Assembly (NCBI GenBank): GCA_015680685.1
Contig: MNCI01002119.1
Location: 338,923 to 402,922, forward strand
DNA length: 64,000 nt
Direction: 5' to 3'
Source: Gnetum montanum
Lineage: Eukaryota; Plantae; Gnetophyta
Shown here: positions 25,966-39,772 of the stretch, in pieces
Layout of the letters: every line of letters begins with the position of its first letter
Position numbering within the stretch: the stretch's first letter is position 1
Program-made: the position numbers and the translations under genes
The notes under the pieces: model-generated
What the model was told of the DNA's origin: nothing
The model's input: only the letters and a program-made list of their open reading frames with translations
Database searches by the model: none

Positions 25966-28571
25966 ACATAGCATACCACCAATTTACCAAAATTGTGCTA
26001 CGTTATTATCATTTACGTTTTGCTCGACATAGTTACAGTTTACATTTACATTCACAAGGAAGCATGAAAAGTAAAACATGAATATACAAATACATGTAAT
26101 ACGGAGTGTTAGCACAAAAAAAAATAGAGTAATTGCATATTATACCATGATCACGTTACATTTGTTTTCACATATTCCAAAATCAACAAAAAAGGGGTAC
26201 ATGATAACAAACTAGCCAAGAAACGACAAGGTTGATAAGAACACCAAGCTAAATCGTGCACTAGTGTTAGGAGGGGGCTAGTACCCAAATTCATCTGCAT
26301 TGTCGAGTCCCACTGCACTGGTGTCAACCTCATCATCAACACGTCCTTGCACCAAAACAAAATCCTAGGTAAGTAAGTTAAAATTTGTGAAACAAACAAA
26401 TGAAAATAACCATCAACAAAACATAAATATACAAGAGAGAATTAGCAAGAGAAATAATAATAAGATGAATAACTACAAAAGTTGTATGTCCCATGGGACA
26501 ATAACTCCAACATTCATTCGGTGTGTTTAATCCTTAATGGGGAACATGGAATCTATTAGGTAACACCAACATCAAAAGGATAACGTTTGCAAATATTATT
26601 AGTTTATGTTACAATAGGCATCATGACCTCACGCTGATTACTTGCTTTGACCAAAATGGGTTGCCATTGCCTAGCGTGATAATTCAATTAATCGTGGATA
26701 GTACAATAGCCATTAGTAACAAAAACACTAAAAATAAAATAAAATAAAATAAAAAAATAAAAAATATATAAACAAAAAAAAACAACGATTAAGTTAATAA
26801 ACACAAATCAAACAACTTAAAACAACAAAAGAACAAATAATAATAATAAATCAACACTAGTCATGATGAGGGGGAAAGTAAAAACAAAGCACCGTGACCT
26901 TGCATATGGCCATTGGCCATGTGCTGGTGGGATTTGTTGCTTTTTTAAGCAAACAGATTTTAAAATAGTAAACAAGCATCCATTCGTCATCATGTTCATG
27001 ACTCATGAACCATGACAATGACCCTGTTTTGTCTTTTTCTTTTTTCAGCGGAAATAAATAAATATATAAATAAAGGGGGGAGTTACATATAATAAATACC
27101 TCATATACCCTCCTATCAGTTTTGTATTATGTTACTTGCCGGTTCTGAACGCAGATAATACGTGGTTTTAATGCTTTTTTTCTTTTTTTCTTTTTTTTTT
27201 TAAACATATTGATACATGTCAAACGCAGGGGCATTAAACACAAAAGGATTCAAGCTTAGTGATTGACACAGGTACCGTTGACGAATGGCCGCGTTGTCGA
27301 TTAACGCGTGACAATCAATCTCAAACGCCATTTGTACTTTTGTTTTGAATCTGCAGCAGAAATATAAAACAAAAGCAGCAGAAATATAAAACAAAAATAG
27401 CAAAAAACCAGCAATTAAAAAATATATATATAATAACGCGTGAATGTGCGAGTTATCGTGAAACCTTTCGCGCTCCCAAAGGCAGGCCCATCCACGCAAA
27501 TGCAACGTTTTCTTCGCACGCCCCGCCCAAGACTCACGCTAAAGACGGCAGGTAGCTCACGCTGCAAAATGGCGGTTAACTCACGCTGCAGACGGCGGCT
27601 GACTCACGCTGTGGTGGCTGACTCACGCTGCAATACCTTGAATACCGGTTATGGCAGCGATTTGGTGTCTGAATACAAGACTTTGCATTTCAACCTTAGA
27701 ACGTCAATTCATAGGATAACCCGTAAACATGAATAAAAGTTTAGCACAAAGTGTCGGTTATTGGTAGTGGATCAACAAAGCCGATGTTGGCTAAAAGAAT
27801 TATTCATGTTACTCACGCTGCCCAGGCCAGTTATTCACGTTGTCTAGGGCACGTTACTCACGCTGCCCGGGGCAAGCAACTCACGCTGCCAAGCAAAAGT
27901 TTGCAAAAATGCACGAAAAAAAAATAATAGAGTTCCCACAACATGCACTTACGCCCGGGCAAAAATACAGGAAAATCGCGGTTAAAAATGCACAAAAAAA
28001 AATTGCAGTTCCTGCAAGTCACCTATGAAATGCAGTGAAATACCCTGCAACTAACATTGGTCCTCCCAACCCAAAACGCAGCCAACAATGCTCAAAACAT
28101 GGCAGTCCATGCTACCCATGCTACGTTGTCTGCCTTGTTCCCTGTAACTCACGCTACCCTCTGTAACTCACGCTACACCCAGTTAGTCGTGCTACTTTTT
28201 TTATTTATTTTTAATCCCTTTAACATATTAGTTCATCTTATTTCTCTTCTCTTCTATTTTATTTTACTTTGTTGTGCCTTTTATTTATTTATTTTACTTT
28301 ATTGTATTTTCCATGATTTCAAGATAGTTTTCTGAAGTAAGGCATAAAAGAAAAAGAAAAATAAAAAATAAAAAAAACCATGAAGATTGAAAATCTACGA
28401 AACCATGAACATCATTACATTTTCATGAAACGTGAATACAATGAATCGGCCCGGTATGGCCTTAAACTGCCATTACATTCCACAATTTTGTTAGACTAAT
28501 CATGTGAAACTCATCTACACTCAAACCTTCCTCATCGAGAAAATGTTGTTTAAATTGGCAGGAACAAGCAT

Positions 28572-31500
28572 ATGGATAGCAAGAACCTCTTTTCAACGTT
28601 GTCTATCAATGGACCACATGAGACCATTCAACGAGAAGTCAATCTAGAATCCATTTATCTGGATTCATCATCAATTTATGACAATTTCGTGGTATCCACT
28701 CAAGGAACACCAGACTACCTAAGAGATATGACTAAAACTTTGGACTTAGAAGCAGACACCATCACTGAGGACCCCATCATCGAAGTCCCCATCACCATGC
28801 CTAGTGACGAGGTTAAAACATTAAAACTAAGTACTCTACTAGATCCGCAAATTGCCAATGATATTACACAAGTGCTGAAGAATAATATCAAAACATTTGC
28901 TTGGTCGTATACTGATATGCCAGGGTTGGACCCTCGCATCATCCAGCATAACATCATCCTCGATGAAAAACTTAGATTAGTAAAGCAAAAAACATGAAAA
29001 GTTAGGCCTGAGGTAATGTTGGTAGTTCGTAACGAAATCACGAAGCTCTATCAGGCCAATTTCATCCGAGTTGTTGACTATGCTGATTGGGTATCCAACA
29101 TTGTTGTCGTCCCTAAGAAGAACGGTAGCATTCGCATATGTATTGACTTCCGTGACCTTAATGTAGCCACTATAAAGGATGACTTCCCACTACCCAGTAT
29201 CGACCAACTCGTTGACTCAACCGCTGGGCATGCATTATTATCCTTTATGGATGGATTCTCAGGATACAACCAAATTAGGATCAACCCAGAACACCAACTT
29301 AGGATGACCTTCATGACACCTTGGGGCACGTTCTGTTATACAATGATGTCATTCGGTCTCAAAAATGCGGGTGCCACATATCAACGGGCGATGACATATA
29401 TATTTAGCGATTACATGCTTAATTCGCTCAATGATTATGTAGACGACATCGCAGTTAAGTCCAAAACAACCAAAGAGCATGCAAAGCATTTAGACTTGGT
29501 ACTCAAACGTTGTCTCAAATACGACCTTAGGCTTAACCCAAAGAAATGCGTCTTTGGGGTTAAGACAGGAAAAATGCTTGGTTTCATAGTCTCCAAAACA
29601 GGTATACGAGTAGACCCCGATAAGGTTAAAGTAATAACTAGCATGCAACTACCTAGGAACCTTACTGAATTACGTGGTCTGCAAGGTAGACTGCAATTCA
29701 TCAGACGCTTTATCGCAAAACTAACAGATAAGCTAAAACCCATGCAGCACTTGCTACGAAAGAACGTCCATTTTCAATGGACTCAACAATGCCAAGAGGC
29801 CTTTGAAAGTATAAAGATGGAATTTGCTCAACTGCCAATAATTCATCCCTCACAAAGCGATAAACCTTTTTACATCTACCTTGTGACATCCAACACATCT
29901 ATTGCATCCATGCTTTGCCAAAAATAAGAAGATGGAGTCGAGATCCCCATTTACTATTTAAGTCATGCCTTGGTTGCCCACGAACAAGGATACAACGACG
30001 TGGAGAGATCATGGTTCACCCTTGTGTTTTCCTTGAAAGAGTGGCAACATTACCTCTTCCGCAACCAAGTCAATATCATTTGCAAAGATAACATGCTCTA
30101 GGCTATCACCAACAATATCTACGAATCAAGTAGGTTAGCTAGATGGAAGACGATGATTGCAGAGTTTGACCTGCGTTATGTTACCCAATCCTCTACTAAG
30201 GGTCAAGCAATAGCCAATCAGCTGACCGCATCACCGACACGAGGTCAAGCAACGATCAACCTTGAATTCCCCAACGAAGACATTAACAGCATAGACGTAG
30301 TGGCCGATAACTATGATGTCATCCTGTACTTCGACAGAGCATCCACCTCCCGAGGGGGAAGTGCTGCAGCCATCATAACGTATCCCTCGAAAAAAATTCG
30401 CCCCTTTGCCTATCGACTAAACTTCCCTTACACCAACAATGTGGCAGAGTATGAAGGTCTTCTTAGAGGTCTTATAGCGGCACTAACTTCGGGAATCACA
30501 CATCTTCTAGTTCGAGGTGATTCATAATTGGTAATCAATCAAGTCATAGAGACCTATGCATGCAAAGCTCCGCATTTGCAACCATACTATGATCTAACTA
30601 AACACTTGCTAAAACAACTAATCAACGTAGACGTGCAACACATCCCTAGGAACGAAAATACTATCACCAACGTGCTTTCCACACTAGCCTTGAACATGAC
30701 ACCTGAGATGTTCCATGCACTGCCTAGTTCCATAACAAATTGTGTCAAACTCGTGACCAACGCCCTCGATGAAATACCCATAGCGTCCATCAGCACTACA
30801 CAAGCAATAGAGTGGTACAACGACATAAAAGAGTACCTTCTACGAGGCGAACCGCCACAACATCTGATGAAAGCTCAAAAGGACGTGGTACGAAAATGCT
30901 CTAGGCAATATGCATTGATAGGGGACATCTTGTGTCGCAAGTCCTATGAAGGCATCATGTTAATGTGCGTTAGTAGCATCGATGGCCAAACGATCGTAGA
31001 ACAGGTTCACGAAGGACTGTGCGGAGGGCATATAGCACCCAAGGCAATGGCAACGAAAATCAGACATTTAGGCTATTACTGGCTGCACATGGAGTACGAT
31101 TACTTCTCCAGGGTCAGGAAATGCAATATTTGCCAAAGGCATAGTAACCTAATACACGTACCACCTAATGATTTGCATACTGCGCAAATCACATGGCCAT
31201 TCCAAAAATGGGGATTAGACATCATTGGCCCTATAACACCACCATCCTTAGCAAAACATAGCTTCATCATCACTATGACTGAATACTTCACAAAATGGGT
31301 AGCAGCTATTCCCCTTAGGAAAATCACGTCTAAACATGTCTGCAACTTCATATTGGAAAACATCGTAACCCTCTTTGGTATCCAAATGACCATAGTCACC
31401 GATAATGGGCCACAGTTTAGTAGTACGGATACTAAAAACTTCTGCAAAAGCCTAGGTATTAAACATTTGTTTTCATCACCTTATTACCCACAAATCAATG

Positions 31501-32051
31501 GCCAAGCAGAATCTACAAATAAAACGATCACCATGGTGCTCAAGAAAATGCTGAATCAGAGCAAAAGACGATGGCACGAGTAGTTAATCTATGCACTATG
31601 GGCATACCGAACAACACACCGAACATCCATAGGTAAAACACCGTATAGCCTAGTATACGGATCTTAAGTTGTCTTACCTTTGGAGTTATAGGTTCCCTCA
31701 CTGTGGATAATGCTCTCTAGTCTCCTTGATGAAAGCCAGAACAATGAACTGTGCATCGCTGATCTTGACTCGGTGGAGGAAGAAAGGGTAAGAACGCTTG
31801 ATCAAATCGAATGGTACCAGAGACAGCAATGGCAACGTCATCAACATGATCCACATAAGCAGCCGATCAAGAAAGGTGACCTAGTTCTCAAGGTGGTCCG
31901 TGAACACTTAGATAAATTCTCAGCTAACTGGGAAGGACCTTACTTAGTCACTAAAGCATATGACAATGGGGCATTCAAGCTCGCCGACATGGACGAAAAC
32001 GAATTGGCCAATCCTACGAATCACATGTACTTGAAACCATTCTACATCTAA
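28572..32051 (+). pseudogene. pol: D pol: RT, RNase H, archaeal-type RNase H, integrase
   Basis: CIDFRDLN, DGFSGYNQI, YVDD; second RNase H YFD..TNNVAEYEGL..GDS; HHCC and D,D35E integrase (WGLDIIGP, DNGPQF, NGQAE); ends KFSANWEGPY..YI with no chromodomain; several in-frame stops. Confidence 0.95.
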
Positions 32052-32069
32052 TGATCCCAAGGTACGTCA

Positions 32070-32380
32070 CGGTCCTGGCATCATGACCTAAAAATGATAC
32101 CATAGAACAATCCCAGAGCTATGACTTAAAACTAGCACCATAGAATGTCCTGGCGTCATGACGGTAAACCGACACCACAGAGCTTTGTCTGACATGACAC
32201 TAAACTATCACGTTTATTCACCAAAGTCTACTAAAACTATAAACTGGCTAGCCTCTTCATAGTCCTCCACGACTATAAACTAGCATGGCATCGTCCACTA
32301 CAACGCTAAAATGGTAACGTCTAACGGGTTATGACGTAAAACTAATCCATGAGAGTCCGTCAAGACTATAAACTGGCAAC
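32070..32380 (+). repeat. Hairpin+TAAACT motif array after D's pol stop
   Basis: TGTC-TGACAT-GACA-CTAAACTA, TAGTC-CTCCAC-GACTA-TAAACTAG, AGTC-CGTCAA-GACT-ATAAACTGG and degenerate copies. Confidence 0.8.
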
Positions 32381-33430
32381 TTCTTCACTAGCCTACCAAT
32401 CTGTAGCTAAAATCAAAAGACATATCATCATCAACCTACTCAATGAATTCATCACATAGACTCCGACAATATCGCTGCTGCTCAATCTTGTTTGCCTGCG
32501 GTTGCACGTGGTGTTCCATCCCATCAATTGCATCCATATTTAAAGTGTTAAGCTAACTCATTCACTTGTGGTTTTCTTATCTTCTTGGAGTTGTGTTTGC
32601 AGGATGACACCTAGAGGTGCTCGTACATGAATGCACTTCATCATGACGACAAGGTACCACATTGTTTTTGATGCATGTAACCAGGTTAATCAAACCGTTC
32701 ACAAGTACATTCCCAATTCCCTGAATGTTCCTCATTCCCTAGCATGTTCTCTCTACTCTGTTCAGTTACACCCCCTTTGATACATTCCATTCATCCCCAA
32801 AATTCTGGAAGCATTTTTTCTCACTATAACTCTACAACCAGTGGCAACACAAAATGATGCATAGCACATGACACAAACACGAGTACAAAACTGACAGCAA
32901 GCTCTTTCCAAAAGAAAAAAAAAGAACAAAGAAAGACTCAAAGAGCAAAATCCATCACAAGACCCATTGACACTTCCCATATAAGCCCTAGGTAGGAAGG
33001 TACTTGTCCTGGAAGAAAAAATTTGTGTCTCAAAAAATCATGTTGCATCCCACCACATGGCTTTGGTTGTGACAATGAGTTCTCTTAAATAGGATACAAG
33101 AGTCTCGTTCCTCCAAAGGATACACATCCCATGTCTTCGTCCCAAGTCCACTAAATACTAGCTATTGACAAAGACCAACATGAAGTGTCCACATAAGAGC
33201 ATTCCTCTTTCCAAAATTAAACAAAATCATCCTTTCATCAATCCCTAATCTCACAGTAACACACCTTCTCCCTATGCATCTCAAAACCTCATTTCCAAAT
33301 CCCATGTACTTCTAAACACAGTGCGATGACATCTGGCCAAGTGCCGACGGACAATGCTTGATACCCAGTTGCTCGTGCTATTTTGTACTTCTTTTTGATG
33401 CCTCTCAGATAGATTCCTCCAGATGTCAAC

Positions 33431-33439
33431 AAAGAGGGG
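33431..33439 (+). promoter_or_regulatory. Polypurine tract of D
   Basis: AAAGAGGGG just before the 3' LTR. Confidence 0.8.
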
Positions 33440-33443
33440 CCAA

Positions 33444-34781
33444 TTAAACACCATAAAATTTTTCCTAGCACTTTCAGACGATCCAAGTTAAGTCATGGAG
33501 CTGCCCAAGCATCAGTACAGCATGAACAAACTTGGACGCCTTCGAAACAGCTCCCAATGGTTCATGATTCAATAGGAAAGGTTCCCCTGGGACCCACAGG
33601 TAATTGCACCAGCTTTCGGCATCTAGAATCAAAGGTTTCACGCTCAAAATACTTGGTCTTCACTAAATACACTTTGGTTACATTTTCTTACGCTGCACAG
33701 CGTAAGGCTCAGCGTCACCAACTTTTGGAGCCCCGAAACTGAGCCAAAATAGGCCAAAATTGAGCACAAGGGCCCCCCATGACCTCCACTAATGGTTTCC
33801 CAAGGTCCCAAGCCCTCAGAATCTTGATTTTGGGCTCAAAAATACACTATTTTCACTGCTCACGCCCAGGTCACGCCCAGCTCACACCCAGCTCACGCTG
33901 ATAGTGTGAGCCTAGCGTGAGCTGCCAAAAATGGCCCAGAACATATCAGACGCATGCCGAAAACACGCCAAGGCAAGATCCAGTGGTTGATCTAAGCGAG
34001 CCAGAATCAAATTTTGAATTCATTGTTAATGTTCACTATAAGATTCGCAATTTGTGAATTTGCCAAGCTCTTACGCTGCTTCCATGGGTGTAAGATAGCT
34101 TGCGTTGTAAAATATAGTGCACCCGGTCTAGAATGTAGTTTGCCCATGTACACCTATCATGTGATCCATTTTTCTTGCATCTCATAGTCGCTGATCTGAT
34201 TCATTCCTATGCCCAAGACAAGTAGATAAATACCCTATTCAAACACATAAACGAGGTTGGCAAATGTTGGTAGAAATTTAGCAAGAAACCAGCAATCCTG
34301 AGCACGAATGCACGTGATTCCTAGCACCTGCAAACACCATGCATCGGGGCTTGATGTCTGACTTGCAGCACAACTACGTTTTGACTGGTGCACGTTTTTG
34401 TCAATTAATATAATACAGTTTCATTTTTACCATCCATTGTCTTATTCTGAGTTATTTTTCTGCATTTTCCATTTCGCTGCATCTTCCTGCATACATTCTA
34501 TTTCTGTTACTTTCATTACACCTTATTACGCCCATTATGCCCTGCTACGTTTGTTACGCTCTACTATTTTCTCTGTTCTACGTTTGTAACGATAACCCCA
34601 GCGTAGGCAATAGCGTACGCTTAGGGAAGTCCTTGGTTGATCTACATGCGGACCATCCAAGGCACTCTACCTTCATTATTCTAGTGTGTCCTCACGCGAA
34701 GGCAGGGTCGTCTGTATCTCTCTGGAAATCTTTCGGCATTCGTTTCCTTCTAGCCTTATGCCGATGATTTCGAACAGCACA
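33444..34781 (+). repeat. 3' LTR of D
   Basis: Collinear with 19409-20774; ends ACAGCACA, followed by the TSD. Confidence 0.93.
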
Positions 34782-34786
34782 ATGAT

Positions 34787-35548
34787 GTAGCAGAAAGTTC
34801 CCCAGGAGGTCATGAAAGTTGTAGTTAGTTGATGTTCTAGGTTGATACGGATTTGATTATAGCCCGAAAACCCATCCATGAAGGATAGCAAGGCATGTCC
34901 AGCTGTTGTATTGATAAGCTAGTCGATACTCGGTAATGGGAAGTTGTCTTTAATTATTGCTTTGTTCAGATCGTGGAAGTCTATACAGATGCGTATTCCT
35001 TCCATTTTCTTAGAAACAATGATGATGTTAGACACCCAATCTGAATAATCAACCGTGCAGATGAAACTAGCTTGATATAGCTTAGTGCTTTCATCACGCA
35101 CTGCCAACATGATTTCGAGCTTAATCTTCTGTGCCTTCTATTTAATTGCTTTGATATGTAGGTATAAAACTATGTTGTGCTGTATTAGTCTCGGGTCTAA
35201 ACCTGGCATGTCTTCGTATGACCATGCAAATGTGGCAATGTTATTTTGGAGCACTCGAGATATGGCGCTTTGCGTTTGTTGGTCAAGAAGAGAACTAACT
35301 TTCAGAGTTTTACTTTCTCCTTTGTGCGTAACAATAGGGACCTCGGTAAGGGGATCCTCGGTCACATCACCAGCTTCCAGGTCTAAGGTTCTAGCCAAAT
35401 GTTCTGGCTAGTTTGGGGATGTTTCTGAGGCTGCTATGGTTATGTCACAGGAGAAAGCATCAGTTCCTATCAAAGGAAGATCAGGCTGCCTAACAATTTT
35501 CCCGTATGGGCTAGTTATGGCTAGGGGTGCAAGTAAAGCTTCGTCCAT
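34787..35548 (-). pseudogene. pol: C pol, 5' part (RT N-terminus), copy 1
   Basis: ATG at 35548 (MDEALLAPLAIT..), FAWSYEDMPGLDP, WVSNI..ICIDFHDLN, MDGFSGYNQI. Confidence 0.9.
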
Positions 35549-36122
35549 TTGTGAATTTGACCTGCAAAACTGCCAAGAATGGAAGTTGTTACATTTTTTT
35601 TGTTACCATGATACAATGATAGAAGGTTTTAGTGGTACATGTTAACAGGGTGCCAATTTAAGGTCTTAGCGGACTGTTACAATATACACAATTTGCAAGA
35701 AAACAGCAAGCCAAGTCTCCTAGGTATTAGCGTAAGGTTTCTGTGAACTATGATGAAAGGTATACCGTGGCATGTCTAGTGTGTCAATATAGCTAATTTA
35801 TAATTTTATGCTCACCGTAATTAATGCGACTGAATTACGAGATGATAAGCTATGTGTTAGTTTAGGGTCTTTTTGGACTGCAATCAATGCAACATCTACG
35901 AGATTAATGTTACGATCTTCATGCTTCATGTGAAATTGACATGCTTGCCTTTCGGGAAAGTTCGCGTTGATCGGATACGAAAAATAGCAAGTCTTCACCA
36001 TCACGCTTATAAGTAGATGGTTCATCCTGAGAGTAATACTGTAAACATTACGAGGTTGAGCTAGGTTAAAGCAGAAAGAAAGCTTAAGTAAACAATGTTT
36101 TGAAGATAGTTTAGGCGTAACC

Positions 36123-38147
36123 ATGGCACCGAAGACCAAAGGCAAACATGCCAAATTGGTAAAGATCGATGAAGTGTAGGAGAGTTTGGAATGGATTTCA
36201 AAGGCCCAGGTTGAAACTAGGGAGGCTACTCCACTTGCCCGGTAAATCATTTTTTATATCTTTCCTACAAAATTGTTGTTTTTATTGTCATGGCATTGTA
36301 ATTGTATTTGTTTCAAAGATGTGCATTGTGTTAGATGTTGATACCTTCCTGTGTGAGCTAAGCTATTGTGATTTGTAATATTTACCCCTATTGCTGTTGT
36401 CAGAGATATACCTTGCGCTGTCACAAGGGTTTGAGTGATCTTGGGTAATATTATGCAAGCACGATGCATAACTAATTAGGAGTCTAGGTATTGTACCCTT
36501 CTGTAGTGTAGATAGGGTTTCGTTATCTTGCCCATGATGGTTGCATGTTACACTGGAGTAACATGCGGTGTTACCTTTATCACCATTGTCAGAGATAGAC
36601 CTTGCACCGTTGCGAGGGTTTGGGCGGTTTTAGTAGTGCATCTCTAGTGTAACATGTAATTTTCTGGAAGTCAAGATAATGAGAACCCTAGTGTTGCGTA
36701 ATTGATTTTTATGAGCATTTTTTTTTGATTTGGTGGTTCTGATGTTGTTATATGTCTAAATTATTTTTTTCTAATGGTATTGTGCTTCATTGTAAAGGAT
36801 TACACTAAAGCCCTTCCTGATTGTCTTGGACATCATGGGAGTTTTGTTCTATTTACATGTCCCTACATCCAGTGTTCCTCCTCCTCATGCTCATGTAGGG
36901 GAGGAGGAGGTTTGGTTCCGAAAAGGCACACAGGAGTTTTTGCAATTTTTGCTACATAATTTCAGTGTAATTATCTGGTCGCATCTATCGGCCGAAACTA
37001 CCACCATCATTTTCGAGATGCCACTGGTTGGGTCAATGCAGAGTAGCTTAACATTTCTAGTGTACGAATCAATCAAGACCGTGAGGGGGCAAGACTACGA
37101 ACAGAGTGCTAGGGGTTTGAGGTGTTTATCTTGGATCTGGGAGATGCCCAGGTTTGATTGTTATCACACCTACAACACGCTGTTCGTGGCTCGTCATCTC
37201 ACGACCTATTTCCAGAATCCACCTAGCATCGTGTATTATGCTAGCGGGTAAGTGTTTTCATGGTGTCATGATGTGCTAACTATTGTATTAAGTATAAAAA
37301 ATTGTCTACATTCTGTGATGTAGGTTTTTCATTGATGCAAATGGTCTTCAAGGTGATATGGGCATGTTATCCATGGCCGAGATGGCCATAAAGGAATTCA
37401 GTTCCATCATCAACATGCATGCTGGTGTCCTAGGACAACTAGGATTTGAAATCCCACACTACCCTATTTGCTATGTCAAATTCTTCGCCAAGTGTAAACG
37501 CTCAGGATGGCTGGACAAGGAGTGGACTTTGGATCATCCTATTACCATTGAGGATGTGTAGGAGAAAATTCTATTGTTTTCTTTGCCTTTTGGATGAGGT
37601 AAATTATGCTATGATTTTCAAATGTACAATCTTTTAGGATGGGAACAGTGTATGAAGTTGTATTATTTTGTTGTGCTGTCTAATTTGTTATTTTATGTTC
37701 ATAGTTAGGAAATTATGGGAGGTTACGGTGATAGCTTCTGGGCATGAGGTGAGCAATCTCTTCTTCCGTTATGGTGACATAAAAGAAGCGTAATGTTGGC
37801 TCTACCACGGAGTGGCCCTAGTTTCCATAACCAATAACCTCCAGGAAGCTGGACTGATGGAGCTATTTTTGGCTGTAATCCCCGATGTCACTGTAGTGGA
37901 AATGGTAACCCTAGTCGACTGCTTCAGCGAAGAAGTTGAGCATCTTCACATGCGCGTGCGTAATGTGGATGTGAGTTTTGATATTAACACTTGACTATTC
38001 ATCAACTTTTTTAGTGTTCCTTCTGATGGTCTTCTAGTAGAAGGAAGGTCAAAGAGGGGTTCTAAGTGTCAGAAGGACATAGAGGAGTGGCTAGGGGTTA
38101 AAAAGAAACCAAAAGGCATTCTCGCCGACAAGATCAAGCTAGAGGTG
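36123..38147 (+). pseudogene. Truncated duplicate of C's antisense accessory gene (exons 36123-36241, 36798-37247, 37324-37598, 37705-38147)
   Basis: GT-AG boundaries with consistent phases; cut at the duplication junction. Confidence 0.75.
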
Positions 38148-39005
38148 GCCAAAAATGGCCCAGAACATATCAGACGCATGCCGAAAACACGCCAAGGCAA
38201 GATCCAGTGGTTGATCTAAGCGAGCCAGAATCAAATTTTGAATTCATTGTTAATGTTCACTATAAGATTCGCAATTTGTGAATTTGCCAAGCTCTTACGC
38301 TGCTTCCATGGGTGTAAGATAGCTTGCGTTGTAAAATATAGTGCACCCGGTCTAGAATGTAGTTTGCCCATGTACACCTATCATGTGATCCATTTTTCTT
38401 GCATCTCATAGCCGCTGATCTGATTCATTCCTATGCCCAAGAAAAGTAGATAAATACCCTATTCAAACACATAAACGAGGTTGGCAAATGTTGATAGAAA
38501 TTTAGCAAGAAACCAGCAATCCTGAGCACGAATGCATGTGATTCCTAGCACCTGCAAACACCATGCATCGGGGCTTGATGTCTGACTTGCAGCACAACTA
38601 CGTTTTGACTGGTGCACGTTTTTGTCAATTAATACAATACAGTTTCATTTTTACCATCCATTGTCTCATTCTGAGTTATTTTTCTGCATTTTCCATTTTG
38701 CTGCATCTTCCTGCATACATTCTATTTCTGTTACTTTCATTACACCTTATTATGCCCATTATGCCCTGCTACGTTTGTTACGCTCTACTATTTTCTCTGT
38801 TCTACGTTTGTAACGATAACCCCAGCGTAGGCAATAGCGTACGCTTAGGGAAGTCCTTGGTTGATCTACATGCGGACCATCCAAGGCACTCTACCTTCAT
38901 TTTTCCAGTGTGTCCTCACGTGAAGGCAGGGTCGTCTGTATCTCTCCGGAAATCTTTCGGCGTTTGTTTCCTTCTAGCCTTATGCCGACGATTTCGAATA
39001 GCACA
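38148..39005 (+). repeat. Duplicated 3' portion of D's 3' LTR
   Basis: Copy of 33924-34781; lacks the LTR 5' end and is followed by the same ATGAT flank. Confidence 0.9.
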
Positions 39006-39010
39006 ATGAT

Positions 39011-39772
39011 GTAGCAGAAAGTTCCCCAGGAGGTCATGAAAGTTGTAGTTAGTTGATGTTCTAGGTTGATACGGATTTGATTATAGCCCGAAAACCCATC
39101 CATGAAGGATAGAAAGGCATGTCCAGCTGTTGTATTGATAAGCTAGTCGATACTCGGTAATGGGAAGTTGTCTTTAATTATTGCTTTGTTCAGATCGTGG
39201 AAGTCTATACAGATGCGTATTCCTTCCATTTTCTTAGAAACAATGATGATGTTAGACACCCAATCTGAATAATCAACCGTGCAGATGAAACTAGCTTGAT
39301 ATAGCTTAGTGCTTTCATCACGCACTGCCAACATGATTTCGGGCTTAATCTTCTGTGCCTTCTATTTAATTGCTTTGATATGTAGGTATAAAACTATGTT
39401 GTGCTGTATTAGTCTCGGGTCTAAACTTGGCATGTCTTCGTATGACCATGCAAATGTGGCAATGTTATTTTGGAGCACTCGAGATATGGCACTTTGCGTT
39501 TGTTGGTCAAGAAGAGAACTAACTTTCAGAGTTTTACTTTCTCCTTTGTGCGTAACAATAGGGACCTCGGTAAGGGGATCCTCGGTCACATCACCAGCTT
39601 CCAGGTCTAAGGTTCTGGCCAAATGTTCTGGCTAGTTTGGGGATGTTTCTGAGGCTACTATGGTTATGTCACAGGAGAAAGCATCAGTTCCTATCAAAGG
39701 AAGATTAGGCTGCCTAACAATTTTCCCGTATGGGCCAGTTATGGCTAGGGGTGCAAGTAAAGCTTCGTCCAT
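39011..39772 (-). pseudogene. pol: C pol, 5' part, copy 2
   Basis: Duplicate of 34787-35548. Confidence 0.9.

Larger units (their letters stand above)
19409..34781 (+). mobile_element. Element D: full-length Tat/Ogre-type element (15.4 kb) inserted in C's RT
   Basis: Paired LTRs, PBS, PPT; TSD ATGGT (19404-19408) / ATGAT (34782-34786). Removing D restores C's RT motif WGTFCY-xMMPF..KN.GATYQRAM. Confidence 0.95.

Noticed and set aside
36826-37251. Possible host NIF-phosphatase gene in its native locus
   Set aside because: It lies inside element C, and a homologue occupies the equivalent position and orientation in element E, so it is element-borne.
38148-39005. Apparent independent solo LTR or third insertion of family D
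   Set aside because: It lacks the LTR 5' end and has the same downstream flank as 33924-34781; it is part of the tandem duplication.
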